A stretch of 63,962 nucleotides of DNA, the filler included, from Licmophora abbreviata (Eukaryota): NCBI GenBank assembly GCA_900291995.1. It is 7 parts of 7 records of this genome, joined end to end, with 100 filler letters (N's around TTAATTAATTAA, not from the genome) between each part and the next. Parts side by side here need not be neighbours in the genome. Positions count along the whole stretch, not along the records: positions 35,811 to 46,395 come from OLMU01000185.1; positions 46,496 to 54,239 come from OLMU01000187.1; 5 more parts are not named here. The stretch is one strand, 5' to 3'. Both the position numbers and the translations under genes were made by a program. Position 1 is the stretch's first letter. Every line of letters starts with the position of its first letter. The notes below the pieces were generated by a model. The model saw only the letters and a program-made list of their open reading frames with translations, did no database searches and was not told where the DNA came from. Shown here in pieces: positions 35,957 through 49,705 of the stretch.

Positions 35957-37875
35957 ATGAAGTCTTTACCAGCAGTCGTATTGGACGTCGCATTCGCGCT
36001 ATGCCTCATTCAGTTGTCTTTGGTGGCCTCGTTGCCCCTGAGCGTCGCGACAAAGCCGATTCCGATCACTGTTCTGTCCGGGTTTCTCGGGTCAGGAAAG
36101 ACGACAGTGCTGCAGCAAATGCTGAAAAACAAGGAGGGCCGCAGGATTGCTTTGATCGTCAACGACGTCGCCGAGATCAATATTGATTCCAAGCTTGTCA
36201 AGAATACGCCACAAGGGGCGTCAGGTATGGTGGAACTTCAGAATGGATGTGCTTGCTGTTCACTTTCGGAAGAGCTTTTGGGCTCTGTCGAGCAACTCGT
36301 CACCATGTCGGATATTCGCGGAGAGCAGGATGCCTTTCAGCACATTGTCATTGAATTGAGTGGTGTAGCAGACCCTAGAAGTATACGGAGTAAATTCCAA
36401 GAAGCCCAGTTGTACGACATGCCACTCATGAATAGGGTCACTTTGGACACTATGGTTACCGTCGTTGACTGCAGCGTCTTTTTGGATCACTTGGCGAGCG
36501 CCAAGGTCAGTGACCGTGAAAGCAGGTCGGAAGATGTCTGGCGGGGAATCCATCCCATACTCACACTCGTACTGTTTTCTTGTTCACTTCCAGTGCGTCA
36601 ACCTGAAAGACACTCCAGAGCTGTTCTACACAGATAGAGACCGTGACGCCAGTGGTCCTCAGGAGGAAGAAGACTGGATGAACGATATGCCGCCGAGACT
36701 GGTTGAAGCGCTCCTCTCGGGTGAATTCAATGCGGTGGAAAGCAGTAGCAATGCCGTGGCTGAATTAATTGTGTCGCAGACAGAGGTTGCGGACGTTGTT
36801 TTGCTCAATAAGATTGATCTTGTGGACAAGTCCGTTTCCGATATGATTCAAGAGATCACATTCGCTTTCAATCCCCGTGCATCTGTGATTCGAACGGAAT
36901 ACGGAACAGTGCCGCTGGACATGATTTTAGACGCAGGCGCTGGTAGAGGCGTTGTTCTGGCAGGAATTGTCGATGATCACAAGGACTCAGTTGAGGCGGC
37001 CCTACGTTCTATGGGCGACTGTGCAGATCCAGACTGTTCGGATCCGAGGCACTCTCATTCGCACTCGCACGACCATGCTTGTTCCGATCCTGATTGTATG
37101 GACGAGAGCCATGCACTTTCTAATTCCCATTCGCATACGAGCGCAGAAGATTTCTCTGGTCCCGATTATACTGATCCCATTCACTTGCATTCTGATAGAC
37201 CGCAGCATAGTGGTATTGGAACGTTTATCTATCGGGCTCGTCGTCCGTTCCACCCACAGCGATTGGTTTCGTTTCTGGGACACTTGCCGGTAAAGCGCGG
37301 AGTGTCTGACATGAAGAATGGACTCCCGATCGTACTGTCGGATGTCACCAAGGAAACACTCCAGAATGTGATACGGAGCAAAGGATTCGCATGGTGTGCC
37401 GACTCGCATAAAAAGGCGCTTTATTGGTCCCACGCTGGAAGCTCCTTCGAGCTACAGTGTCTTGGGAGCTGGTGGGCGACTTTGCCACGTGATCAGGTGA
37501 GTAATCGTCGGACCATGTGTTTGTGGATCACGTCATCGATCGTTTCTAGTACTTTCAATTTCATCCGACCTCTTGCACGTTCGGTCCGTGCAGTGGCCAG
37601 AAGAAGCGGTGAGCAGCTTGCTTGCAGACTTTGATGATCCGGGCCATGACGAAGAAAACACGACGGCATCAACGGTTGGCGATCGACGCCAGGAATTAGT
37701 TGTCATAGGAAATGGGCTGGGTGAGCCCGCGAAACAGAACGCAATCTGCAGTGGACTCGACCAATGCTTACTAACGGATAGTGAGTGGGACGTATATCAA
37801 TCGATGAAGGGCGACGAAGAGAAGACCGCCGCAAGATTTTTCAGTCCGATGACATTACAAACCGCTACGGTGTAA
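35957..37875 (+). CDS. COG0523/CobW-family metal-chaperone GTPase with signal peptide and His/Cys-rich insert (introns 36506-36593, 37497-37593)
   Basis: Motifs GFLGSGKTT, ELQNGCACC (CxCC), IELSG and LLNKID. CobW_C motifs RRPFHPQRL, VIRSKGFAW and GDRRQELVVIG. Confidence 0.92.
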
Positions 37876-37942
37876 AAGCGCACGCCACTCAGAAGGACGG
37901 AGGGGCCTACAAGTTTCATAACAAATCCTGGACTTTTTTACC

Positions 37943-39676
37943 TTACTTAAAACAGTATTCGGCCGCCTCCTTTAGCTCCTTTATGCTGTTTTCAGGATCG
38001 TCGTTGAGAATCGTAAACTCGAAAATGCCACTGACAATGCCGTATTCGATATCCTTAACAATCTCTTTCACCTTGGCCCGAATCACTGTCTCCTCTGACT
38101 CGTCTTCCGGGATCGCTAGCTTGCCATTTTCGACTTGCTCTCTCAAACGAGATTCAAACTTTTCGACAGTGTCGAGACCTACCCAGACGCCAATGAGCCG
38201 CGCGCCTGAAATCTTGGTCAACTTCCTTGCAAGGTCGACGTCGGCATCGACGACAACAACTTGCTCAGCATCGTCGCTGGTTCCTGCGGCTGTCAGAATG
38301 CCCTCTTTGGTCAGACCATACCGACCAGTTGGATCAATCTCCAGAAATTCGTCTCGCATTTCCAGTCGCTCGAACGAAGCTCCTTCTATGTTGCGATCAT
38401 TAAGCTTGGGCAGGACGAATCGACCATTCCCGTCCTTGAGTAATGTCTCAACAAGCTCCGACCTGCCGGTCGCTTCAGGTCCTGAAACAAGTAGAATTGG
38501 TGTAAGCGAAGCTGCATCTGCCAACGCTTGGGCGGTCTCGTCTTCTTCCGTATTGCCTTGAGCAAGCTTTAAAGCAACTCCGGCGCTTCCAGGAAGAATG
38601 ACATCATCTTGACTTCCGAAGAATTCGGCAATCTGGCCAGCAAACAACGGTATGCGATAAGTCAAGAAACCAATCACTGCAGCCGCGAATTGTTCAGCTG
38701 TAACAGTCTCAAAAAGGCTTCCACTATGGACCGGATTTGCGTCGCCGAGACTTTTGTTGTACAAAGCAACTCCAACGATCACTAGTACCGGCAACACAAA
38801 TCTCACGTTCGACACGTTGCTTCCTAGCTTTGCGCCTGCAGACCCCACCGTATCTGTCTTGATGGACAAAAAGAAAAGATATGCAACACCAGCAGCCGCT
38901 CCCGCGGCATAGATGACGGCATCTTGAGTCCCCTTGACGAGATCGGCAACGAGCGTTCCCACGACACCGGCAACAGCTGCGTTTCGAATGAGACGGCTCT
39001 TCAAGATATCGTAGAGTTCGGCGTCTTGTGCAAGGACATCTCGATTAACGGCATTATCTCCAGAGAAGGGCCCCTGGTAACCGTCTATATCAAATTGATT
39101 AGAGCGCACCTCGGGAACCCCCGTTTGGAGATTGCGAGGAACCTTGAAGGCATTTTCGCTTCGCACGAAGCTGGCGGCAATCGGACTGACGCCTTCCAGA
39201 GGACGCAATGTTTTCTTTCGATTGCGCTGGCGAGAAGGATACTCTGCGTAGTACCCATCGCCCACATTCTCCAGCTCGGTCAGTTCTACTAGCCAAGAGT
39301 TCTCCTGGCCGAGATTCTTTTGGATAAACGAAATCTTGCCGACCAGCACTTCTCCGTCGGCTCGACCGCCGTCGATATCGTAGTATCGAACGATGTCCCC
39401 GGCTTTCGGGTAGAGAGGTTTCTTCGTCAACGGCGTTGCTTCTCCTGAGCGACGTGTATAACCCGATGTTTCGACTGGTTCCGACGATTGGAAACGAGCA
39501 AACGTAGCTCGCGTAGTCGATGTCGCTGGGGAGAGGCCATGATGTTGGAGTGTAGCCAGGAGACTGCTACCAGGTAGGAATGCTAGCGTCGTTCTCGCAG
39601 AGACTAGCAATACAGCTGGCACACTCTGTAGCAATCGCCGCATAAGTTGGCCTTGCAGGTATCTTCGACGCACCAT
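37943..39676 (-). CDS. Plastid protein: N-terminal beta-rich domain, CGL160/AtpI-like 4-TM domain and degenerate guanylate-kinase domain
   Basis: Presequence TLA|FLP. TM block AVIYAAGAAAGVAYLFFL..RFVLP..IGFLTYR. GK-like ILLVSGPEATGRSEL..YGLT..VVVDADV..FEFTILNDD. Confidence 0.65.
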   Translation of the reverse strand: MVRRRYLQGQLMRRLLQSVPAVLLVSARTTLAFLPGSSLLATLQHHGLSPATSTTRATFARFQSSEPVETSGYTRRSGEATPLTKKPLYPKAGDIVRYYDIDGGRADGEVLVGKISFIQKNLGQENSWLVELTELENVGDGYYAEYPSRQRNRKKTLRPLEGVSPIAASFVRSENAFKVPRNLQTGVPEVRSNQFDIDGYQGPFSGDNAVNRDVLAQDAELYDILKSRLIRNAAVAGVVGTLVADLVKGTQDAVIYAAGAAAGVAYLFFLSIKTDTVGSAGAKLGSNVSNVRFVLPVLVIVGVALYNKSLGDANPVHSGSLFETVTAEQFAAAVIGFLTYRIPLFAGQIAEFFGSQDDVILPGSAGVALKLAQGNTEEDETAQALADAASLTPILLVSGPEATGRSELVETLLKDGNGRFVLPKLNDRNIEGASFERLEMRDEFLEIDPTGRYGLTKEGILTAAGTSDDAEQVVVVDADVDLARKLTKISGARLIGVWVGLDTVEKFESRLREQVENGKLAIPEDESEETVIRAKVKEIVKDIEYGIVSGIFEFTILNDDPENSIKELKEAAEYCFK

Positions 39677-39958
39677 GTTCCGATAGAACAGCGGAAAGGG
39701 CAGCCGGAGTTGAGATGATGATGGTGATAGTGTCAGCTGTCACAGCCGTCAGTCCCCGCCATTTTGTGAGAGTTCCTCCTGGCGATGGCCAGAGCAAGAG
39801 GTTCAAGGTGCGCGACTGCGCGAGCGACCACTCGATTGCGATCAAACTACGACATACAACTAGAAGAGAGAACATAAACGCTGTAGGTAGGCAACAGTAC
39901 GCTCCTTGACCATAATGCATCTATCTGTGTTCTTGATTACTCCTTAAGGTTTCGAGCT

Positions 39959-42932
39959 TTACTCCTTTGTGTTCTTCAGCGCTTCCGCAGCGGCTAGCTC
40001 CGCCGAGAAGGCCGAGTGCTTGCCTGCGTAGGTCGTCGTTCGCTTCATGGCTTGGCGCCGAATCAAGAAGTAATTCTTGGCGCAGTATCCAGCCACTCGG
40101 GCCAAAATGATAAGCCACATAAGCTTGGGGAATGCCTTCTTCATGATCTGCGGGCGTGTCAAAGCGTCGGCAGTGTGCAGTGGTGAGAGCTGCATCTCTG
40201 ACCAGGGCATGGATGAGTTCCACTTGAAGATGGGCTAAAGCAATCGGAGAAAGGAGACAATGGAGGAAAGTCAAGAAGACAATGGTGTAAGTCACGTAGC
40301 CAACTTCAAACTCTGATGAGCGGAGCACGCCGACGAGACCTACCTTCATGCCACGAAAATTTGCCATGCCGTGTATCACGACGGCTGGAAAAAGCATCTT
40401 CCACAGCGGCATGTTAACCCCGAGAACGTCCCGCTTTGCCAACGCCAGTGCAGTCATGGTGCCACAAAGCTCCTGAATAGGGAATATACCACGACAAAGA
40501 GCAAAGAACTCCTTATCTGCGTCTCTTTTCTTGGTGTACATGAGTATCCTGCGCATCGTATCACACATCTTTAAGCCTATGCTGGCGGCTAGCATCTGGG
40601 TAACGTAGCTGTTGACGTTCGTCACCGGTGGATCTCCAGGGCTGCGGTGGATATCTTCGGCCACTCTACGTCTCCTTTTCGTTTTCGAAGACTGCTTGAT
40701 CGTCCATCGAAAGTTTCTATGCAATGATAAGAAGAGAAGAGGTCGTTAGAGTAACGTCTCCTCGGGACGAAAGGCATGTTGCAAGACGATCGGAGTTTTA
40801 CCTCGGCAGTCGCACGCTCAGCTGCAGCATTTTGAGCTTGACGTATTCTTCCACAATCGGACCAGCGAGACAACTCGTAGCAAAGTCAGCCGCAAACAGC
40901 GTTATGCGCCGAGGCCGGTACCCATTCTCGCGGAGCACCCACGGCAGGGACAGAGCGGGAACTTTCGGTGTGAGGTTGAATACCTCGGGTTCCCAGCAGG
41001 TAAAAACGCCGAGACGTACGATGGTCGTCAACATAAGCTCCAACACAAATGCAAAAAAGTAACCCACGGTGGCCGACGTGTAGAACGTGTTCACCTGCGA
41101 AGCCGCGATGGAAGTTCGTTCGTGAGAACGGCAAGACAGACATAAAATCAATTCTCCCGAGGTAGAAAGGAAATTCTTACCGAGGTGTTAATATCATTCT
41201 CTCGTGTATCAACGACAAGCGAAAAGTAAATCATCGGCGCAATAAACCCAAAGGAAATAATTTTCAAATTGTTCAGGGCTGCAAAGTTATACTGGACCGT
41301 TGGCAGGTTCCGCGGGGATACGGCACAGTACGCAAGCGAAGCAATGCAGACACCAAGAATGAAAAGCTTCTGCACCGAATCAAAGTTGAGCTGATTGGTC
41401 CTCTCATGCGGTATTGAGAGCTGCGATTGACTGGCATGACCTACGGAAAAGGGCGGGGCGTATGAAGTGTCCATGAGCGCCGACGGTACAGGTTGCGTCT
41501 CGTCTGATTGGCCATACTGGCGATCGCTCGATGGCGTCGACGAAGTCTCGACACGAGCGGGCGACGCCCTTCGTCCCCCAGGCGATTTTCGGCGGAATTG
41601 TCCCTGTGCCAGCGCATGATAGGGGTGCGTCATTGGGGAAGTCGTTGCCCCATACGGCGATACTCCGGTCGCCGCTGCCCAAGCGGCATACTGCTGCGAC
41701 GCCAGCAATTGCTGCTGCTGCGGACTGTATGACCCATACGCTTGCGAAGAGGGGTGGTATCCAGATGGTGGATATGAAATGTATGGCGGGGGATGTTGAC
41801 CTGCCTCGGAGGGGGGCGTATTGTAAGGGCTGAAAGCCTGAGGAGGATACGGATAGTATGCGCGCTGCGCAAATGGAGGGGGTGGTTGTTTTGAGACTGT
41901 TCCATGCTGCACTACCGTGCCAGTCGGCGGTTCCCCGTCCGTCATATCTGTTGTTCCCTCTGTATCGCTGTAGTACACCGGTAAGTTAGGAAGCGTGTAT
42001 CCGAGGCCGTCGTCAGTATCGCTTGCCTCGGCATCGTCATCGGACGAGTTGGGATGCACCGGCGGAGATGATCGAATCTGTTTTTCTAACCGCCGCTGTT
42101 CTTTCTTGGCTCGACGCAAGCGTTCTTGCTGCTTTTTGTACTTCATACGATCCTTACTCGTCCAGAGCCGATCAGTCTTGGGGGGAGGCTTGTCGCCAGG
42201 GTGTCGCTGTGGAATCGGTGCTGTACTCGCTGCCCCTGAATCAACTGGCTGAAGCATGGTCTGGTCCAGAATCGGTGATGGCGTAGTTCCCTCGTCGGTA
42301 GTCCCCTCTTCGTAACGCAAGCCAGGGGACTCGGTCATATAGTCAGTCTCATCGAGCATCTGTTGCAATTTCTCGAGCGTCTTGAGGGGCTGGGACGAAA
42401 CAGCTCCGTCCATACTCTCTCCGTCCGACACTGACGACCTAGACACGGCGAAAGTCTCGTCATCGCTTTCTTCAGCATCAGATGACTCTTCATCTTCCGC
42501 TTCCGGCCAGTCAGCATCTTCCTGTGGATCTACAGGTATGCCTTCGACAACATGTGCTTCATCTTCCGGGTGGGCCTTTCCAGTCGCGTGTACTTGAGAA
42601 GAAGGCTCCACATCCACTTCATCTTCGAAATCGCTGCTACTTTCCAGTTCGCTTTCGCCTTCATCAGAAGATGGCGTCCCAGGTAGAATAGAACCAGCTG
42701 AACTTTCTGGGCTTCCTAAATCGTTCTCTTTCCAAGGAGAGGACGGCAATGTTCCGTGAAATCCCGTCGAAGCCGGGTTTGCATGTACTCGAATTTGTGG
42801 TGCGAGACAACAGAATGTCGCCAGAAAGACCAGTTTCCTTTGATCGGATCCTGGTTTTTGACTACACTGATTCATCAGAGTGGTAAACTTCATGCCTCTC
42901 GTACCGTCTCTGCGCCTTTGAAGCGGCCTCAT
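39959..42932 (-). CDS. Multi-exon PrsW-like intramembrane metalloprotease with a long acidic/Pro-rich N-terminal region
   Basis: TM segments with GPIVEEYVKL (EExxK) and VIHGMANF (HxxxN). Several minus-strand ORFs bounded by GT-AG. Confidence 0.65.
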
Positions 42933-43124
42933 GGTGCGTTTCCGTCGCCGCTACAGCAAGCACATTTTTTGTGTTGCCATCATGTTGCATCTCGGTGCCG
43001 CGGAGCCATCACACACACGACACCGTCTTTACGTCGCACGCGAAATGCGAGCTCTATCATAATTGCATGAATGCGAGCTCTATGGAGTTCGTCTACGCCG
43101 AACTCTCTTCGTTGGCGTGATTTT

Positions 43125-43133
43125 TTTGGCGCG
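43125..43133 (+). promoter_or_regulatory. Candidate E2F site upstream of DHFR-TS
   Basis: TTTGGCGCG fits the TTTSSCGC consensus and lies about 240 nt before the DHFR-TS ATG. Confidence 0.5.
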
Positions 43134-43372
43134 ACGACGATCGGACACAAACTGCAATGCTGAACACAGCCGCTGTGAGTAGACCTTGAGGACTGACTCC
43201 CATTGGACGAAACGAGCTTGTCTCTTGTCTCCGTTGCCTCTCCGAAACCGAATTATTGTCCCTCTCTAGTCTTTTGGTTGGAACCGAGAGACGATAGAGT
43301 CCCAGAAAAGCTCTTGAAGAGAGAATCTCGACCATCGCACGAGCTAGCTTCAAACTGAGGCTTTCTGCATTC

Positions 43373-45327
<1,955 letters not shown>

Positions 45328-45665
45328 AGTGATAGCTGCCTGTGTGGATTGAGAGGCCGTCATTCGCGGGCGCGCTATTTGATAGTGCCGGTACCGATGG
45401 TATAGCGTGTTAATGTTCACAGCTACATATCATGGTTTAATCTGCATGCTAGCTCCACGAGTCACTAACTAAGTTACAACATCGGTAGTTGACTGGAGGG
45501 ACTGCGACATGCAAACCAGTCGACCCGGAACGATGTACTTCTCTTTCCACGTTCAGCTGGGCTTATTGATCTAGTCAAGCTCCACTCTTCGCAATATCTC
45601 TGTCTTTGGTGGAAAGGTGATAAGTCTCGTCTCTGAGACTTTAATCTGCACCTGAAGGTATTCAA

Positions 45666-46031
45666 CTAAGTCTTGCGAGTTACTATCGTAGTTCCTTCCT
45701 TGTACCGAGCCTCTGCCTGGGATGACTTCCCGTCTTTTGCTAGCGCAACACTCTGCTCCAGTCGTTGCGAAGCCCAGTGTGAGTGTTGCGTTTGACGCAA
45801 CTCCAAGTTGTTCCACGAAGGATTCGCAACAACTTCGTCCGATGGTGATGTCGATCCGTTCTGACTCCGAGTTCCAAATTTGAGGATCCACGAAGCTTTC
45901 TGTTCCGCTAAACTCTTTATACAATCAGACGATTCCTTCCCGAAATGAATTCTTAGATTCGGGACGATATACGGGTCGTAAATTCGGCGGAGAAAGGCAC
46001 TCCGCAGCGCCTCGCTATGAGCCTCGGCCAC
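45666..46031 (-). CDS. Partial hypothetical protein with one TPR-like helix pair; gene model unresolved and upstream part runs into a gap
   Basis: WASQRLEQSVALAKDGKSSQAEARYKEG is TPR-like. Flanking exons could not be joined cleanly. Confidence 0.35.
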   Translation of the reverse strand: MAEAHSEALRSAFLRRIYDPYIVPNLRIHFGKESSDCIKSLAEQKASWILKFGTRSQNGSTSPSDEVVANPSWNNLELRQTQHSHWASQRLEQSVALAKDGKSSQAEARYKEGTTIVTRKT

Positions 46032-46395
46032 TTTGAAACTGCTTTTTGTCGGCCTTTTTGGGTCAAACTCGAGATGATCGTCTGTTTCTCGAAGACTTAC
46101 GTTGTCTCGCTGAGGATCGAGACGTCACCGCCATCGCTCATAGATAGTAGGAGGATGCAGTTACCGTACGCACTGAACTTCACTCATGTCCCTGGATTCT
46201 GTGTGGTAAATTCATCAATCTCATGTCATCATGCATGCCCACAGACGGCGACAGACGCTTGGGTCGCAGACGAAAAACTCTAACACAGACACTTGACTTT
46301 ACCTCATCGGGAACTTGAACCGAGACCGAGACATTGACTTCCAAGCAAGCCAGCACAATCGACCAACCCGCGCCGTGGCGGTTTCTGTCGGTTTC

Positions 46396-46495
46396 NNNNN
46401 NNNNNNNNNNNNNNNNNNNNNNNNNNNNNNNNNNNNNNNTTAATTAATTAANNNNNNNNNNNNNNNNNNNNNNNNNNNNNNNNNNNNNNNNNNNN
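46396..46495. other. Scaffold spacer with stop-codon linker
   Basis: 44N-TTAATTAATTAA-44N. Confidence 0.97.
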
Positions 46496-46963
46496 TGCTG
46501 AATATTGTTGTCGCTTGGATACGGGTGGACACACGGCAAGCACACCCGAAATAAACATGGCTGCGTCGCAGAACTCCTCCGGGACGGGCAGCCCACGAGA
46601 TTGAAAGATGTCGGGCCGCTGCAAAAGCGTAGCCGCTACATGGCCAGACATGCTTTCATAGATCGCGAGGCATTGTCCGACACTCGTCCGAAACAACCAC
46701 CCTCGTGCTGAAATGATCTGAGTAGCTGTAGCTGCTGTCCTTGTCATGAATGTGTAGGTGACGTGGTCGAAGAAGTCGAATCGAGTCGAGTACTTCGAAT
46801 CCGTCAGTCGGGTTCCATATCGTCAGTCACGAGTGAGGCGGCGTTTGAGATTTTGATGCTGATGCATAACATCATAACATCGATGCTGCGATTTTCATTG
46901 CAACTATCCCAGTCTCTTCGCGGCCAACACCTCAACTCGAAGACTCCACGGAGGCCATACGAC

Positions 46964-47956
46964 ATGCCATTTTTGTCCTTTCGACTGTATGTCCTCGCTG
47001 TGACTTCGATCTGGCTCAGTTCGATGGCGTCGGCGAGCACTGTCGGTGGGGCGTCGTCGCTGTCCCCAATTCGCCATTTGGAGGCGTCTTTGGCCGCTTC
47101 GGCAGGACAAGGGACCATTATTGCCATGCCATCAACTTTCTCCGGTGGCCAGGATTGTGTTATTCTCGTTAGTAGGTCGCCGAAATCAAGGAATGGCGAA
47201 TTCGGTTTTTCGTCCTACTATAAGACTCAAACAAACGAAACTACGCGTAACACGAACCAGATATTGGTGCAAGACGACATTCGACTTCTCGCAGCTTCGC
47301 CAGACTTGATGCACTTATCCCCTCGCCGTTTTACGAACGTGGGCTCGCTGAGTGTCTGCGTCATGACCGGCTTCGCGGCTGACATTCAGCACTTGACACA
47401 TCTAACAGTACGGCAAGTGGAATCTCATCAAACGCTTTACAGTCATCCCATGCCTGTCGATCGGATAGTAAAGGCGCTTGCTCGAACTATGCAACGCGTT
47501 GCTCAGAGTGAAGGAGGTCGTCCATTTGGAGCACAGGTAATGGTTGCTGGACTGGATACTTTTGGTCTGACGAGCACTACTGCAATGAAACCACCGGCTT
47601 TTGGTTTGTACACGTTGGATCCGACGGGTGGGTGGCGACAGAGTCATGGTGGCAGTGGGGCGGTGATCGGGAGATTTGCTTCGGATGTGCGAAAGGCAAT
47701 CGTTGAAAGAAAGAGACAAGAAGGTCTAAAGCAAGATACCGGTGGCATGTCGCCGAGAGAGACGCTAGACGCCTGTGTGGACGCTCTTGTCCAAGCCATG
47801 GTAAAGAATGGGTTCAAACCGGGCGCAGACCGGATGGACGGTCTTTTACTTTGGGCGGAAGAGGGAGGAGTGTGTCGAAAGGCGCCAATAGATCCGCGTT
47901 TTATGAATGAACGCTATCAAAAGAGTCTGGAAAAACTTCCATCGGACGCGTCCTAG
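46964..47956 (+). CDS. Divergent 20S proteasome alpha-type subunit with signal peptide (candidate periplastid compartment)
   Basis: Alpha-subunit motifs TGFAADIQHL, QSEGGRPFGAQVMVAG, LYTLDPTG and AVIGR. Signal peptide MPFLSFRLYVLAVTSIWLSSMASA. Confidence 0.75.
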   Translation: MPFLSFRLYVLAVTSIWLSSMASASTVGGASSLSPIRHLEASLAASAGQGTIIAMPSTFSGGQDCVILVSRSPKSRNGEFGFSSYYKTQTNETTRNTNQILVQDDIRLLAASPDLMHLSPRRFTNVGSLSVCVMTGFAADIQHLTHLTVRQVESHQTLYSHPMPVDRIVKALARTMQRVAQSEGGRPFGAQVMVAGLDTFGLTSTTAMKPPAFGLYTLDPTGGWRQSHGGSGAVIGRFASDVRKAIVERKRQEGLKQDTGGMSPRETLDACVDALVQAMVKNGFKPGADRMDGLLLWAEEGGVCRKAPIDPRFMNERYQKSLEKLPSDAS

Positions 47957-48391
47957 AGTTTGTAGCGATACGCCTAAAATGTACAAAGTATTTTGGCTTC
48001 GAGACGAGTTCCGCTTGCGCCTAATCGCACATTCATCATAAGTCTGGTCTTCTACAGATTACAAAGCAAGTTCAGTTGTCTAGTTTCATCCGGTCAGCCT
48101 CTTTCCGAGATGAGTCCAAGTGAATCGCGAATGGCAAGACCGACCCTCCTCGAAGAACGGTACCTGGTACTGCCCGCTATAGGTACTGATGAAAGCAACA
48201 GAAGGAGTATGGATTCTAAGGCGGAGGGGTCGTCCTGACTGTTTGTTTACAAGCATTGTTATCTATTAGATCTTACCTTCGTAACTTCTCCATATTAAAC
48301 GAGTAGGGTGTCGTGTAGCTACGAGTAGCTTCCAGCGCATCTCTTATCTTTCGACCTCTCCCTACCTGGTAATCTATGGAAGAGCTAGTAG

Positions 48392-49705
48392 CTAGAACTT
48401 CTGGCCGGGAAGGGAATGCGCGTGTACATCGTCTAGTGCTGCTGCCACCATACCGTCGGCAAACTGCGTACCGATGATCGTTCCCCACCCTGCATATACG
48501 GCCGATCCAATAGCACCGCCCGCCGAGGCACCGACCAAGCCAAGCGCACGCGAAACTGCCAACCTGGTCGACTTGAGCAAGAACGAAAACGCGACGGTAC
48601 TGCTCTCGTCGGAACTTTCCAGTGGATCGCCACCACAAGCATCGCTTCGGTCTTCCATCCTCTGAAGTTTCCTGGCGCGATAATATCCGTAATAGCCATA
48701 GGCGATGATCATCTCATGGACGCTAAAGTCCGCAAGGAACGCAATGATGTTGGACCAAAAGCAAGTGTGCATCATTTCCCTACGTACACTCGCCGCGTTA
48801 TGCGTCTCATTCGAAGCTCGAATGGCCGCCTTGAAGGGATCCATCGTCAGCTTATCCACTGTCGCAATGTCGTACAATCGCGATGCAACATGCTCGTAAA
48901 ACCGCATCGTCATGATGATCGCCTGATACTTGAGAATTCCGTGCCAGACTTTGGTCGAGAAGCCTTGCCAACGCATATTCCATTCTCGCTGAAACAGACA
49001 AACGAAATATACAAAAAGCGAATGAGAGATGTGCTACAATCAAGATCAATAGAGCTCTTCATTGCAGTCATCGTACTGCACGCTCAATTTGAAATGTAAC
49101 CTCATGTCCCAAAAAGTGGGCGTCGGGTTTCAGCAACGGTCTTTCGACGCGTCCATCACTGCGTATCGCTTCGTACTCCAACAAGACATCAAGATGATAC
49201 CCACCTCTTCCCATTCCTCATTCTTTCGGTCCGCTTGGTCTGCCGTAAGTTTTCCCTCTTTGACCAACTCCTCCCTCTTTGTTTCTTCGTTCAGCTGATC
49301 CGACACAAAATTGGCGACAATCATGGAAGCCTGAACAGCGATCACGCGAATCGCCTGTGATACGTAGACCGGTGGTGCAACCACGACACGTTAGCACACA
49401 AACAAGACATTCACGTTAAGGTTTCTTCCCGCAATCGACAACGAACTTACACTCTTAGCAAGAGCCTTGGGGCGAAGATGCTCAAAGGGTCGCTTCTGAT
49501 CCGACAAGAGCTTGCGACCGCCGAGCACTACGTTGAGCCCATCATTTTGCTTCTTGACAGCTGAACAAGCCAATATGGATGGACGCATGGGAGAAACAGA
49601 AAATCCTATCGTAATTCCCTCTCCCGCAAAGAATGGATCTGTCCGACCAGTCAACTTCATCGAATTCGAAACTGGGGGCGCCAGGATGTGCTTGGGTACG
49701 ATCAT
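48392..49705 (-). CDS. Multi-exon hypothetical protein with C-terminal Gly-zipper hydrophobic segments
   Basis: Three minus-strand ORFs joinable by GT-AG. GLVGASAGGAIGSAVYAGWGTIIG segment. Confidence 0.55.

Noticed and set aside
46496..46747. Minus-strand ORF running into a gap
   Set aside because: No recognisable motif and too short to call.
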